From Azolla caroliniana (taxonomy: Eukaryota; Plantae; Polypodiophyta): a stretch of 64,000 bases of DNA. The notes under the pieces were generated by a model. It did no database searches. It saw only the letters and a program-made list of their open reading frames with translations, and was not told the DNA's origin. Below, in pieces: positions 51,332 through 64,000 of the stretch; position 1 is the first letter of the stretch, and each line of letters starts with the position of its first letter. The stretch is from the NCBI GenBank assembly GCA_043228905.1, contig JBHGNT010000013.1:15748001-15812000 (forward strand). The letters run 5' to 3'. The translations under genes were made by a program, and so were the position numbers.

Positions 51332-54300
51332 CACTGCCTCGCGTCCTGTGTGCACGATCCGATGCTCGGCTACATCAAGGATGCAAAGATGTCGAAGGAG
51401 GCCTAGGGAAAACTAAGGAAGATTTTCGCCGCGAGTACCACATCCCGTAAGTTGCAGCTCTGGCAAGAGTTGAACAACATCCAGCAAAGAGACATGTTGG
51501 TTACGGACTACACCACCAAGATAAAGGAGATTTGCGACGCACTTGGGTCCATCAACGTGACGGTGGATGAAGACGAGATGGTCCAAATATGCCTTGGTGG
51601 TCTAGCGCAAAGGTACGGGCCAATCCGGACAACCATCTGCACTCGGGAGAAACCACCGTCTTTCTTCGACTTGCAATCGATGCTGATGGTTGAGTAAAAC
51701 CACGTGAGTGAATCAAGGACCACTCAATCAGACGACCAGATGTTGTACATGGAGACATATTGGCCCCATGGACGTGGTGGACGAGGTGGGTTGACACGCA
51801 ATGGAGGCGGAAGGCAAGAGTAGGACCGGAGGCACAGAGGTGGTGCCGACAACAGTTCCGGACCCTCCACAAGCAGGGGGAGTCAAAGCGGCGCCGGGAA
51901 CCGGCAAGGAAAGGCTGACATGGAATGTTGGTGTTGTGGCAAAAAGGGCCACAAGGAAAGAGAGTGCTGGAAGAAGCTCGCCGATCTGGCAAAACCGGTC
52001 GGGAGAACCTACAAAGCTCGCACTATGTGGAAGGATCAGAAGGATCCGGAACTGGGAAAGGGCCAACCTTCGTGATGAAGCACAAGGCTAACTCGATGAA
52101 GAAGACTACTTCCAAATCGGAGGAAGTATATGGTACGTTGATTCCGGAGCGTCCAACCACATGATGAGCCATGAAGAGTGGTTCTCTTTTTTGGAGAAGC
52201 CGGAACAACCGGGGATTGTCGAAACCGGAGACGACACCCCTCACCCGATTGTGCATGTCGGAGAAGTCCCTTTAAGCCATGTCAGACAAAAGCGGAAGCT
52301 GATGAACGTACTACACGTTTCGACAATCACAAAGAACCTAGTGTCAGTTGGACAAATCATCGACCAGGGAATGTAGGTGCGGTTTACGCACCTCGGGTGC
52401 TTCATCGAGGAAGAAGGCCGGATAATTGCGCAAGGGTGTAGAGAAGGGAGGATGTTCATCCTCAACACCAATGACGTTGGCACCGCCATGTTTGCCAAAG
52501 GGCAGAAGGTCGAGTCGGACATCGACCTGTGGCACAAGCGGATCGGCCACGTCAACTACCAGAGGCTTCAGGACTTGCAATCAAATCAAGTTGTCTTTGG
52601 TTTGCCAAAATTTAGCGGTCGGAAGTCCAAAATTTGTGAAGCCTACCAACTCGAGAAGCAACACCAGCTTTCATTCCCCACCGAACGAAACCGGAGCCGT
52701 AACAAGCTCAATCTAATCCATTCGAATGTATGGGGACCGACACAAAACGTTAGTCTTGGCGGGAGTCAATACTTCGTCTCCTTCATCGATGACTACAGCC
52801 GACACACATGGATCTATGTCATTGAGAGGAAGTGTGAAGTTTTCAAGTGTTTTCGAAACCTTCAAAGCTTGGTTAAACGGGAAATAGAGAGAAAAATCAA
52901 GTGCCTGCAGTCGGATGGGGGAAAAGAATACTTTTCTGGCCAATTCAATAGTTATCTGCAGCAAAACGGAATTCGGAGAGAATTCTGCTGCAGATACACA
53001 CCGGAGCAAAACGGTGTGGCCAAAAGGAAGAACCGATCGATTGTCGACACGGCAAGGGCAATGATGGAGGAGAAGAGCATTCCCCAATTCTACTAGGCTG
53101 AGGCGGTTCAGACGGCCGTCTACATCCAAAACTGGATTGGTGAGAAGGTGTCAGCACATGAGCTATATTTCGGGCAGAACCCGAATTTGAGACACCTTCG
53201 GATATTCAATAGCATAACATATGTGCATGTACCGGATGAGAAGCAGAAGAAACTAGATCCGAAGTCGAAGAAGTGCATCCTAGTCGGCTACTCGCATGAG
53301 CAAAAGGGGTATAAGTGCTATAACCCCCGGATTAAGAAGGTCCGAGTAAGCCGAGATGTCGAGTTTGATGAGACGACATCATGGTACTCCTTACTGACTC
53401 CAACTCTCGACGAAGACTCGATTCCGAAAGATGAGGCTAGTGAGCCCGAGGAGGTGTAGGTAGAAGATGAAGACTTCAGCACTCTAGAAGAGAGTCCGAT
53501 CTCATTTCGGATCAGTGGACCAAATGAGCGGTTGAGTCGAGATGACCAGTTGGATGATGAACCGACGAGTAGTGGAGACTCTGCCGTACTCTCCCTGTGC
53601 AAGGAACCGAGGAGACGGTTCATACGCAAAGAGAAGGGGAAGAAGAAGATGCCGGAATACGAAACCGGCAACATTGAGTTGGATCGGAGCAAATCTGACT
53701 CCGGAAAGGATGAAGGCGGATCTTCGGGAACGAAGTCCGAACTGGCCAAGAAGGGCCCCAAATCGGGTGATGACAAGTTACATCGGTCTTCTCGCCTGAA
53801 GAACACCGTTACGCATTACGAGTACAATGAGTACATGGCGCATCACTATGCATACATGACCAAAGTGGCGGAAGTGCGTGAGCTGGAGAGCTACGTAGAA
53901 GCTGCAAAGGACGCAAATTGGTGTGCCGCTATGGAAGAAGAAATGCGGGCACTCGATGCCAACGACACATGGGATCTCGTTAACCCTCCCCGACACTGTA
54001 AACCAATCGGTTGCAAATGGGTGTACAAGGTAAAGTATAGTGTCGACAGTTCGGTTAACTGGTACAAGGCCCGGTTAGTGGCGAAGGGATACACACAGAC
54101 CCATGAAATCGACTACGACGAGACCTTTGCTCCGGTAGCGAAGATGACAACGGTTCATGTGGTACTAGCGGTTGTTGCAGCAAGGGGCTGGCATCTTCAC
54201 CAGGTGGACGTGAAGAATGTGTTTCTTCAAGGTGACCTTGAAGAACGGGTCTATATGATCCAACCTCCCGGTTTTCAGTCGGAGATGAACAAGTCGGCGG

Positions 54301-56317
54301 TGTGTCGGCTTAAGAAGTCGCTTTACGGTCTGAAACAAGCCCCCCGAGCTTGGAATGTGAAGATTACGCACCGGTTGCATAAGATGGGGTTTGTGACCTC
54401 TAAATCCGACTCATCGTTGTTCATCCGGCAAGGTTCGGACGGTCCGGTTTGCATCCTACTTTATGTTGATGATTTAGTCATCACCGGACCCGGACTCAAT
54501 GAAATCGGCCGAGTAAAGTCCCAGTTGTCGGACGCATTTGAAATGAAGGACTTGGGGGACCTTCATTATTTTCTTGGGATCGAGGTGATCCGAACCCCCG
54601 ACGGCATATTGCTCTCACAACGACATTATGTGTTGAATATGTTGTACAAGTTCGGCATGACAGAATGCCGACCTGTGTCCACACCCCTGGACCGGAACCA
54701 AAAGCCCCGTCCCAACTCCGGACCGGCCTGCGATGAGAAACGGTTCCGACAAATTGTCAGAAGCCGCATATACCTGACAATCACTCGACCCGACCTCAGT
54801 TACCCGGTCAGAGTGATCAACTAGTTCATGCAGAAGCCGACTGTTGAGCACCTTCAGTGCGCACACCGGATTCTTCAGTATTTGAGCGGCACGAAGGACC
54901 AGGGATTGTTATACCGGCATGGTATAACTGAAGAGCTGGTCGGATACACAGATGCCGACTGGGCTGGTGATGCATCGGATCGCCGATCCACCTTCGGCTA
55001 CATGTTTTCTCTAGGCAGCGCAACTGTTGCGTGGAGCAACAAAAAGTTGCCAACAGTGGCTCTATCGAGCACTAAGGCTAAGTACCAGGGTGTTACCAAT
55101 GTCACTTGTGAAGTCATATGGCTTCGGCGACTGCTGCGTGACCTCCGGATCGAGGTATCGACCCCGATCCTGATCTATTGTGACAACATGAACAACATTT
55201 AGCTCGCCAAGAACCTTGTATTCCATGCTCAGACAAAGCACATAGAAGTGCATTATCACTTTGTTTGCGAGCGGGTCCTGAGCGGTGAAGTTGAACTTTG
55301 GTATATTCAGACAAATCGGCAGGTTGCCGACATCTTCACCAAGCCGCTAGGATCGGACAAGTTGCAACATTTTTCGGAGATGCTCGATATTCAACATCTC
55401 GATGTGTTGCACTTGAGGGGGAGAAAATGAGACGGATCGGATGGCACCGGACAAGGAGCCGGAGAGGAAGAAAGAACCAACAAAGGGGGAGACAAAGGGA
55501 AAAAGGAAGTCGAGTCGACAAAGGAAGTTGGCACATCCGAACAAGTCGGAACGAGCGGCAGCGGCGATAGAGTCAAGAAGGACAGAGTCGATCGGAAGGA
55601 GAAGGCTGAGACCCGGACATGGTCTGATATGGTGAAGGGCGTAAAACCGGAAAATGAGTTGGAGAACACAGACTCGGACAATAGCCTGAACGAATCGGGA
55701 GCGACTGATTCAGACAAGAGCTGGAACGAATTGAAGGAAACCGATTCGGAGAAGCCAGATAAACTAAAGGCCAAACAGACACGGACGCAGCGGAAGTCGA
55801 CACCAACACGAAGGAACCGATGGGTCGACAAGCGTTGGAGTTGCAACAACGAGGGAGCTGAAATGGGCCTATTGAGCAGACAAGCCAACCGAGGAGGTCA
55901 AGGTGTGCAAAACCAGAAGGGTCGCAACAAAAGGGACCGAACCTGACGAGGAGCGCAAGCAAGCTAGAGTGACGCCAGAAGGAGTTGGGTAGAAGGACCG
56001 GCTACCATGAACACTGACACCACGATCCGACCTCAAGTTGAGCTTGAGGGGGAGTGTTGAGTGACAAGCTCAACCAGATCCAGATCGGCTGAATAAGCCT
56101 GAGCCGGGTAGCCGGATCAAAGCGGTAACCGAAAGCCTAATAGTAGCCTAGACTACTAGGTAATCATTGTCTCGTAGTTATTGTCAATCGCACGTAGGAA
56201 TATTGAAGTACCTATCAGTACTTCTGTCAGTCCTTATGGACCTGTATAAATAGTGTTGTTTAGCACGTTGTATGAACACAGAGTTTTTTAGAGTTTTTTG
56301 AATTGAGTTTATGTTCT

Positions 56318-56352
<35 letters not shown>

Positions 56353-56487
56353 GTGTCTCTCTCTCTCTGTGTCTCTCCCACACGTATTCTCTGTGTGTTA
56401 AGCTACTCCATTAAACCTTCATCTTATTCTCTGTTGTTATCCAGATGAGCCGGTTCTGTCTAACGCTTCCTCACGATTACATTTACA
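51332..56487 (+). mobile_element. Copia-2: degenerate Ty1/Copia element lacking its 5' LTR and gag start; 3' LTR ~56055-56487
   Basis: Gag with CWCCGKKGHKEREC knuckle, protease WYVDSGASNHM, LWHKRIGH, IN core, RT LYVDD, RH GYTDADWAG, PPT CTTGAGGGGGAG then TGTTGAG...TTTACA. Confidence 0.92.
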
Positions 56488-57014
56488 TGAGAAAATTGGA
56501 AGTAGTACTAATAGTGTAAACAACTTACTAGTAGGGTAAGGTAATTATAATAAAAAGAGAGAGAAAGAAAGAAAGATATATTAACGTCTTCAAAATATAC
56601 ATTACATGCAAAAGGCAAGATTCAAACCTTGTACCTCCATGTTAACAAACCCAAACCTTACCATTGTACCAACTCATCACGAAGAATCAAACGATCTATT
56701 CTACAATCGTAGCTAAAGAATGACCCGAATGTGTCGCGTGTTTAATGCGTAAGGTGAATGTTTTAGGAGGGGGGCATTATGGTAATTTTAGAAAACTCTA
56801 GGGGTATTTTTGGTGGTTTTCAAAATTATCTTATCCAAGAGAACGCTTGTCTTCCTCTGTTCCCCTGTTCCCCTTCTTCTTCTTCTTCTTCTTCTTCTCT
56901 CTCTCTCTCTCTCTCTCTCTCGTAGTGGGCTGTGTTCGTTCTCCCATTCAATGGCGGTTTTAGGGTTTTAAGAATTACCCTTCTTCTTCCTGGCAGACAG
57001 AGACGGACACAGAA

Positions 57015-58331
57015 ATGATTGGGCCAGCTGTTCTTCTCTGCCCTCCTTCCACCACAGTCCAACTACCTGCACAATACATCTGCCATGACTGCAATGTCCG
57101 ACGCTCAAACTCCATTACGAAGAAGACACCGTCCCTCCACCTCGTTAAATCTGCGCCTGATCGTCGATGGCGAAAGAATGTGTGCAGCAGACGAGCCTTT
57201 GCAATAGTGGGAGAGGTCGCCATTGCCGTACCAGACCTCACAGTCTCAGAAACTGAAGAAGAAGCGGTAGAACCGAAAGCTTCCTTAGCCACAGATCCTT
57301 CTCCTTCTTCTTCACCAGAAAAAGAACAGGCCCAGACTCGAGAAAGAAGAAGATCCAACAACAACAACAACAACAGTAATAAGGCTCTCATTGTTTCCAA
57401 CGCGGAGCTCGTTCCTGGAGCTACTTTTCCTGGTAAGGTCTCTGCAATTCAGACCTTTGGTGCTTTTGTAGACATGGGAGCTTTCACAAATGGTCTTGTT
57501 CACATCTCTAGGCTTAGTAAAAGCTATGTGAAGAAGGTGGAAGATGTGGTTCAAATAGGGCAAGATGTGAATGTACAGATTGTAGACGTGGATTTGAAAG
57601 CTAAGAGAATATCTCTCGAGCTCATTGAAGAAGAGAAAGGAGGAGGAAATGTTCTTCTGCAAGGAGGCGGAGAAGAGGGGGAAGGAGAGAAAGCATCAAA
57701 GAGAGCTCCTCGCCGGGGGCGATCCCAACAATTATCGAAACTCAAGATTGGTGAAATAATGACCGGTTCAGTAAAAAATATGATAAGATCAGGTGTGTTC
57801 CTTAGCCTTCCTGATGGTACTGATGGGTACCTTCCAGCCTCAGAAGTTATCTTCCGGGGAGCTAACACAAACCTCGAAACACAATTCCAAGTGGGTCAAG
57901 AGGTTCCAGTAAGGGTTCTTAGAGTTGATAAAGGTCGTGTCACTCTAACTACTCGTCAAGAAGTGAACTTTGATAAGATCAATGAGGATTTGAACAAGGA
58001 TGTAGCACAAAGAGCAACTAATCCATTTGAAATAGCTTTTCGTGGGAATGGTTCAATCGCAAGCTTGTTGGCTGAGAGAGAGAAGAAGGTGATGGAACCA
58101 GAGGTTGCAAATAATGAAGAAGATATTTCAATGCAGAAAAATGTTTTGTCTCTCGGTAATGACATGGTTCAAGTGGATGTTGAAAAGGTAGATGAAACAC
58201 TAGTCACAGTGGTATCGGAGGATGTAACTGATTCTAGTCTGAAACCGAAGGAGAGTGTAGTTGGTAGTATCGAGAGTTTAGATGCTCCAAAAGACAAAGT
58301 AGAAAGAGGAGAAGATGAAGAAGAAGAATAA
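57015..58331 (+). CDS. Plastid-targeted two-S1-domain RNA-binding protein, homologous to the PSRP-7 moiety of the EF-Ts polyprotein (PETs); no EF-Ts domains
   Basis: Transit-peptide-like N-terminus; S1-1 ELVPGATFPGKVSAIQTFGAFVDMGAFTNGLVHISRLS; S1-2 GSVKNMIRSGVFLSL...GQEVPVRVLRVDKGRVTLT; PETs-type motif ATNPFEIAFR; acidic tail then TAA. Confidence 0.85.
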   Translation: MIGPAVLLCPPSTTVQLPAQYICHDCNVRRSNSITKKTPSLHLVKSAPDRRWRKNVCSRRAFAIVGEVAIAVPDLTVSETEEEAVEPKASLATDPSPSSSPEKEQAQTRERRRSNNNNNNSNKALIVSNAELVPGATFPGKVSAIQTFGAFVDMGAFTNGLVHISRLSKSYVKKVEDVVQIGQDVNVQIVDVDLKAKRISLELIEEEKGGGNVLLQGGGEEGEGEKASKRAPRRGRSQQLSKLKIGEIMTGSVKNMIRSGVFLSLPDGTDGYLPASEVIFRGANTNLETQFQVGQEVPVRVLRVDKGRVTLTTRQEVNFDKINEDLNKDVAQRATNPFEIAFRGNGSIASLLAEREKKVMEPEVANNEEDISMQKNVLSLGNDMVQVDVEKVDETLVTVVSEDVTDSSLKPKESVVGSIESLDAPKDKVERGEDEEEE

Positions 58332-60930
58332 CAAACAGAGACCGTAACAGGTAGCTTGAAAGAGGCGAACGAAAAGCAAGACAGTGAAGCTTAGTTTTTA
58401 TTGATCGAAAAAATATCATGTAATGCATTGTTTCTAATTCAAGGCAACAGGTAACAGATGTATATTGTCTATTTACTGAATGGCTTACATCAATTCAGGA
58501 AGCTTAGCTGGTGTTATTTTGGATCAGTGTTGAGTTGGGACTTGAGTTAGAGCACCCATTACCTTCTTTATGTTGGGGGTTCTTTCTGAACTCTTTGAGC
58601 TTACAGAGCAAGGTTATCCATCTAATCATGCAAAATTTTGGGTTTCATTGCATGCCTTTAACATGTACTCATAATAGGTAGTTGGCACTCTTTGGTTTCT
58701 ATTCAATATTTTTTACTTATTCCCCAGAAATTGACTCTTGATGTCATTTGTAGTCACTGAGAAGCTGAATATGTAATGTAAGCAAGTCCCAATTGCTTCA
58801 TATTCCTAGTTATATTGTTCTTGGCTAGATTTAGTTGTAATTAGAAAGCAACAAAATATCAACAACAGGAATTGCTTGGTGTTTTCTGTTTTCGATTCCT
58901 ATGGAATGAAGATTGTTAACATGTCTATAGTCTATACTTACATCATTATCACACACGTCCATACCAACAATGCATTATCCTACAAAATTTTGCTAATAAC
59001 AAACTTATTTTAGTTATTTCTTGCACGTCTCAAATATGAAGAGACCCATTCCACTTCCTACATTTAGATACTTTGTATAAATTACCAATATGAGGATATT
59101 AACATCCAATCCCTTATCTTAGCATGCGAGTTTTGGTGATATTGCACAGGTATTTTTCATAGGCTTTTGATCAAATCAAATCGTAGAGGAATTGTTCCTA
59201 TTGAGGGGGAGTCATTAAATATCTGATTTGGAGCTCCATAGCAAGGGCATCATAGAAATGATTTTTACTATGCTGAGCATACAAATTATTTTAAAGTGTA
59301 GATATATAGCAGAAGTGTATTTTGGTCAATCGAAGTGGACTTGAGAAAGCAAAATCCAAGCACAAGTTTGAGCCCTCTTAAAAATAAGCATAATTCAATA
59401 TACGTTATGTTTAATGTATGCAACGTGGTGATTTCTCTTCCAATGGAAATATGATATTTTGCAAAACACCCATTAAAGACCAAACACTAAGAATACAATA
59501 AATACATTTGAAGAAAATGAATAAGTATCTTCTTTTGGAAATTTTAATATTATGTCATTTAAAAGTAGAGATGATCACAATAAATTAAAATGAAGCTTGA
59601 AGTGTCTTATAACATGGACAAAAGTATGGCTTTCACATTTTGGTTTAGCATGCAATATCTTGATGGTTGTTGATTCCTTGGGTTGGAAAAGACAAGGAAG
59701 TCTCATGGGTCACAATGACATTCATCCACTGCCAATTGGACGAGTTCCTTGATACTTGGTTGTATTGAGTCTATTTGTAGGAGACCTCAACTTACACATT
59801 TTTGGAAACAAATAGAAGACTCCATATAGTTGTTACTCTTTTAGACGATATTATACTATTGTCTCCCTTTACCTAAACACAACTAGCTTCTCATAGGCAT
59901 ACCAAGGAGGCTTATATCCATGGCAACATCTAGCCCTTAAGAACTAGACTTTAGTGTTTGCAACATAGGGTAGATGGGCACAGGGAATTCGAGGAGAATT
60001 TGAAGAATTGCCTCATATAATTGTTCATGTACTTTTAAGGGCAAGTTCCCCCATAGATAATTAGCTTGTAGGCATATGTGGGTTGAGTCTTTTTAACATA
60101 AATAAAGAAACCATTTGTCCAATGATACTTAGCACTCACAACTATGTTTGCTTAAAGAGAAGAGAGGAAGTGATAAACAACTTGAGTGAATGTGAGTGTA
60201 TGCGCAAATACATCTTGATATAATCATTTATCTAGTGATACGTTTATGCTTGAAGCATGTTTAGTCTTACTCTTGGAAGGACTCCATAGGTTAGATTGAT
60301 TGTTGTATTGATGTTGTTTCGCTATAGAGAATATATTATTTCACTCCCTTTGCAACATTGCATCGTGCCATGTCAATGATTGTCTAGTTTATCGCTTTGT
60401 TACATTGAGGGCATGACTAGTATATAGTTGGCACCTTCATGTTGTTAACTATGATTCACCGAAGGGAAGTCTCTACCTTGATCTATCCAAATTGTATTAG
60501 TTTTCGAAGTCAACCTCTCTTTCCACTAGCTTTTGCTACTATTGAGATTTTGTGAGAGATCCCATAGAAATGATCATAAACCAAGTCATGGGGAGCATTT
60601 ACGTAGAATCCAATTTCGTTCTCTGTTGCTCAGTGCCGCATGCAAACAAATGTAACAAATTGGTTGATGCTTCGAAAAATAAAATCAAAAGTAACGCATC
60701 TAATCTGTTCCACCAAAAGTACAATCAAATCAAGGTTTTAGGGATAGGGAACATATGCTGGGGTAATTTGAAGCAGTAGCTAAGCCATGCAACAAGTGTC
60801 GTTATAGATCGAAACGAACAAGAATGTATAGGAAGAGCACACGGACAATGTGATAAGGGCCCCAATACGAGGGAGTGATGCTAAGTGTCAATAGGAGATA
60901 TAACAAAAAACTGATGGAGAGAATAATAGC

Positions 60931-61014
60931 TATGTATGTATGTATGTATATATGTATTATGAATGTTTATGTAACATTCATAGATATTATGATGTATGTA
61001 TGTATGTATGTATG

Positions 61015-61023
<9 letters not shown>
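60931..61023. repeat. (TATG)n microsatellites upstream of SppA
   Basis: Read directly. Confidence 0.85.
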
Positions 61024-61045
<22 letters not shown>

Positions 61046-61195
61046 CATTCATCTTTGTCTGGTGGAGGCATACACTTGATTGATGATAGGCAAGAGTCTG
61101 CGAAAGTCTGTTGTTTTGTGTGAACCAGTAGATGACCACGCGTCCATCCATCTCTTCTCCTTCGTATCTCCCTCTGATAGGGCTGTCGACCAACA

Positions 61196-63936
61196 ATGAA
61201 CGCAGGATTGGGAGCTTTGTCCAAGACGGTATTCTTCTTCTCTCCCTCTGTATCTATGTGTAAGCTATGTAAATGAGGCTTTTGATCTGTTTAAACATCA
61301 AGTCACAGAGGGGGACTGCATTGTACAGCAGGAACTCAGAATAACAAGTGTGATCTGTGGATTCAATTCAAAGAATTTTCTGAGTTATGGATGAACATCC
61401 ATATCTTTTAGCTAAGTTTTGGTTCTTACTTTAATGTAAGCTTGGAATTTTTAAAAAATCATGCACCAAGTCGTTTGAATATGTCTTGGATCCCAATTTT
61501 GATAAATCACTGATATCTTGGGACCAAAACTTTTCGTTATTATTATACTTACAACCAATATTAAGCAGATAGCCTTAATTAATATGGGTATCAAGAGGCC
61601 CATTAACCTGTAAAAATATCAGCCAACCCCACGGCTGTTAGGTGGATTTTCATCTAATGATGTAACTCTAGGGGGGTTCACTGTATCTAAACTCTCTGGA
61701 TGAAGGTCCAAAACTATGAAGATTCATAAGATATTAAGAACATTTTTATTACTGATCACAGGATCAACACCCAAATACAGAATGCAGACAATAGGTTAAA
61801 CTAGAAAAAATGATATATCAATATATGCTAACCTTCTATGTCACATGCATTTAAAACCCTATTACATTTTTGTTATTCAATCAATACCCATTTTTAATTC
61901 AATCTGGAAATTTCTCCTTTATATGCCACTCTTTTGCATGCAAAAGAAAATGTACAGAAAAGATTTAAAAAGAATACTTTCTTGTGATAGAAGTACATAT
62001 TTCATGTTGAAATCATGTAATAGAGATTTTTTTTTCATGATGAACATGAATATAAGTAATGAGTGTTCAATATATGTCTGTAAAATGTGGCACTGTCATT
62101 GCAGGCATCAATATGTACAACCTTTGGGAGCAGACGGACTGATCTATGTCATCTATGTTTTTTGAGCTTCTACAGCCAGTCGTCATTACTTCACACAGCA
62201 CAGAGACTCCAATTTTCACTTATACCAAATTCATCAAGACTGAATTCAATAGGAGCTCATTATGTACATAGGCGAAGATATCAGATTAGATCCTCTGGTG
62301 CTGAAGGTAAGGATTCTACTCAAATTCTGAATCCTACCTCAGAGAAAAATGGTGCTGTTCCAAAGAATGCAGAAGACTCTGGAATTGAAAATGGAGCTCC
62401 AACTGAAGAAGAATATCCATCTGGAGTTTTGCAGTATAAGCTGAAAGATGGCTGGGATATGTTTGTAATGCGGTTGAAGTTACTAATTACTGTGCCATGG
62501 CAAAGGGTCAAAAAGGGCAGTGTCTTAAAATTAAAGCTTTCAGGAAAGGCAAGTTTAAATTCTTACTGCAATGTAGAAGAATGGAGAGCCAGATCATGAC
62601 TAATAGTGTACTAAGAATGAAAATGAAATTTATATCAGATTACAGAGCAGTTCCAGGGACGGTTCTCATCTGGATTGTCGCTACCACAAGTATGCCAGAA
62701 TCTGTATAAAGCAGCATATGATCCCAGAGTTTCAGGTGTGTTTTTGCAGATTGAACCGCTTGATTGTGGCTGGGGCAAGATAGAGGAACTCCGTCGGCAT
62801 ATTCTTTTCTTCAAAAAATCTGGTCAGTGTATATATTTGTATGTCCAAACTCAACTGAAAACTTGCTTAACAAGACCTTTGTGATATTGTTTATAACTGA
62901 GCATCCAGAGAGCTAGAATTATCTTCATATACAGTATTTGGAGTCACCATTGGTGAGAGCATCAATAAATTAGTATCTTAACATTTGATTATATGCAGGA
63001 AAGTTCATCATCAGCTATCTGAGCGTTGGCGGTGAGAAAGAATATTACCTGGCACGTACATGTGAAGAATTGTACGTGCCACCTGGAGCGTACATAACTC
63101 TTTATGGTTTAAAAGTTCAAGCTACCTTTCTTGGAGGTTAGATTCTGTTAGAAACTGTAAATACATGTGTTCCCTGTCTTTTTCATGAAATGCGAGGAGG
63201 AAGCTGCCTTTTTTCTATGGATTTTGCCTAACACCCTCTATGTATGTTGTGTATGATGTTTCCATATATTTTGTTCTGTGGATCTTTTCCTTAGATTGAA
63301 AATTGCGACGAAAATGTTTCTTTCCCTGCAAGTGGTTAATGTTAGGGTCGTGATGGTAATAACTTCAACTATATCTAGGAGGCAGCAACAGCTTCCCAAA
63401 CCGGTTTGAGCTTGGTTTGGCAAGGCTCAAGCCGAACCAAACCATTTTGGGCTAAATGGGTTCCCAAACAGGTTAAGGCTTAATTTGTTTAGCCAAACCA
63501 GTTCCTAGATGGTTTAGGAACCCGTTTGGTTCAGGTTTGAAAACTTCCAAACGGGTTAAGTTTTAACCGGTTTGGTTTGGAAAAGGCCAAACCGGTTAAG
63601 CCGAAACTGAACCGTTGCCGATTCCTAGCTATATCTACTCTTATGGAAGGGAAAAATAACATATCTAATGGTTGTAGGATGAAGCTTAAATCTGGTGATG
63701 GCATTTGAATGTAAATGTGATGAATCCTGCCAATCTTCCAATCGACTCAAATTCTATTTATATAGGTGTCCTCGAGAAGGTGGGTGTGCAACCAGAGGTA
63801 GAACGCATCGGAAAGTACAAAAGTGCAGGTGATTTGATTTCTAGAAAGGATATGTCAGAGGCCAATCGGGAAATGCTCACTGCATTGCTGGATGACATAT
63901 ACCACAACTGGCTTGAAGAAATTGCTCAACTCAATG
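61196..63936 (+). CDS. SPPA: Chloroplast serine protease SppA (peptidase S49), 5' part; exons 61196-61228 (inferred), 62105-62548, 62639-62822, 62999-63136, 63766-63936; continues beyond the window
   Basis: PWQRVKKGSVL, LSLPQVCQNLYKAAYDPRVSG, CGWGKIEELRRHI, GEKEYYLA, QATFLGGVLEKVGVQPEVERIGKYKSAGD. Junctions are in frame, one GC-AG. The first exon is less certain. Confidence 0.92.
63376..63627. mobile_element. Non-autonomous hAT-type MITE (252 bp) in an SppA intron
   Basis: Imperfect TIR TAGGAGGCAGCAAC / GTTGCCGATTCCTA; 8-bp TSD ACTATATC / GCTATATC (7 of 8); AAACCGG subterminal repeats like the 30820 element. Confidence 0.82.
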
Positions 63937-64000
63937 GTATTTTGTTTACTCAATTTTACTTCCAATCTTAAATCCAATAGTAGATCTATATTATACTAGT

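Noticed and set aside
55428-55436. Programmed stop-codon readthrough after Copia-2 RNase H
   Set aside because: TGA GAC is not a known leaky context, Copia-1 has no stop there, and CGA>TGA decay is simpler.
59080-59215. PPT-like TTGAGGGGGAGT suggesting another Copia remnant
   Set aside because: No recognisable RNase H motifs upstream or LTR downstream.

Overview
Land-plant nuclear DNA, probably from a fern or another seed-free vascular plant (inferred from TE lineages, PLS-PPR debris and (GA)n-rich UTRs). Five host genes can be modelled from splice sites: a 9-exon Hsp110-type HSP70 (-), a 7-exon ACT-domain ACR3-like gene (-), a 3-exon BSD-domain gene (-), an intronless two-S1-domain gene resembling only the PSRP-7 half of the plastid EF-Ts polyprotein (+), and the 5' part of plastid protease SppA (+). 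Positions 28.05-56.49 kb form one nested TE stack, reconstructed from TSDs and LTR termini: Copia-2 < Copia-1 < hAT MITE < Gypsy A < Gypsy B < Gypsy C (antisense). The stack carries later deletions and a 100-N gap with a false ~765-bp duplication. The most notable signals are in the three Gypsy copies: a tRNA-Trp PBS, a 4-bp TSD, CpG-centred target sites, and a candidate -1 ribosomal frameshift cassette after the protease (G GAU UUU, 6-nt spacer, pseudoknot with compensatory changes between copies). Both Copia copies carry an in-frame Pol tail beyond RNase H between two PPT-like motifs. All calls were made by eye with no database searches, so novelty is unverified.
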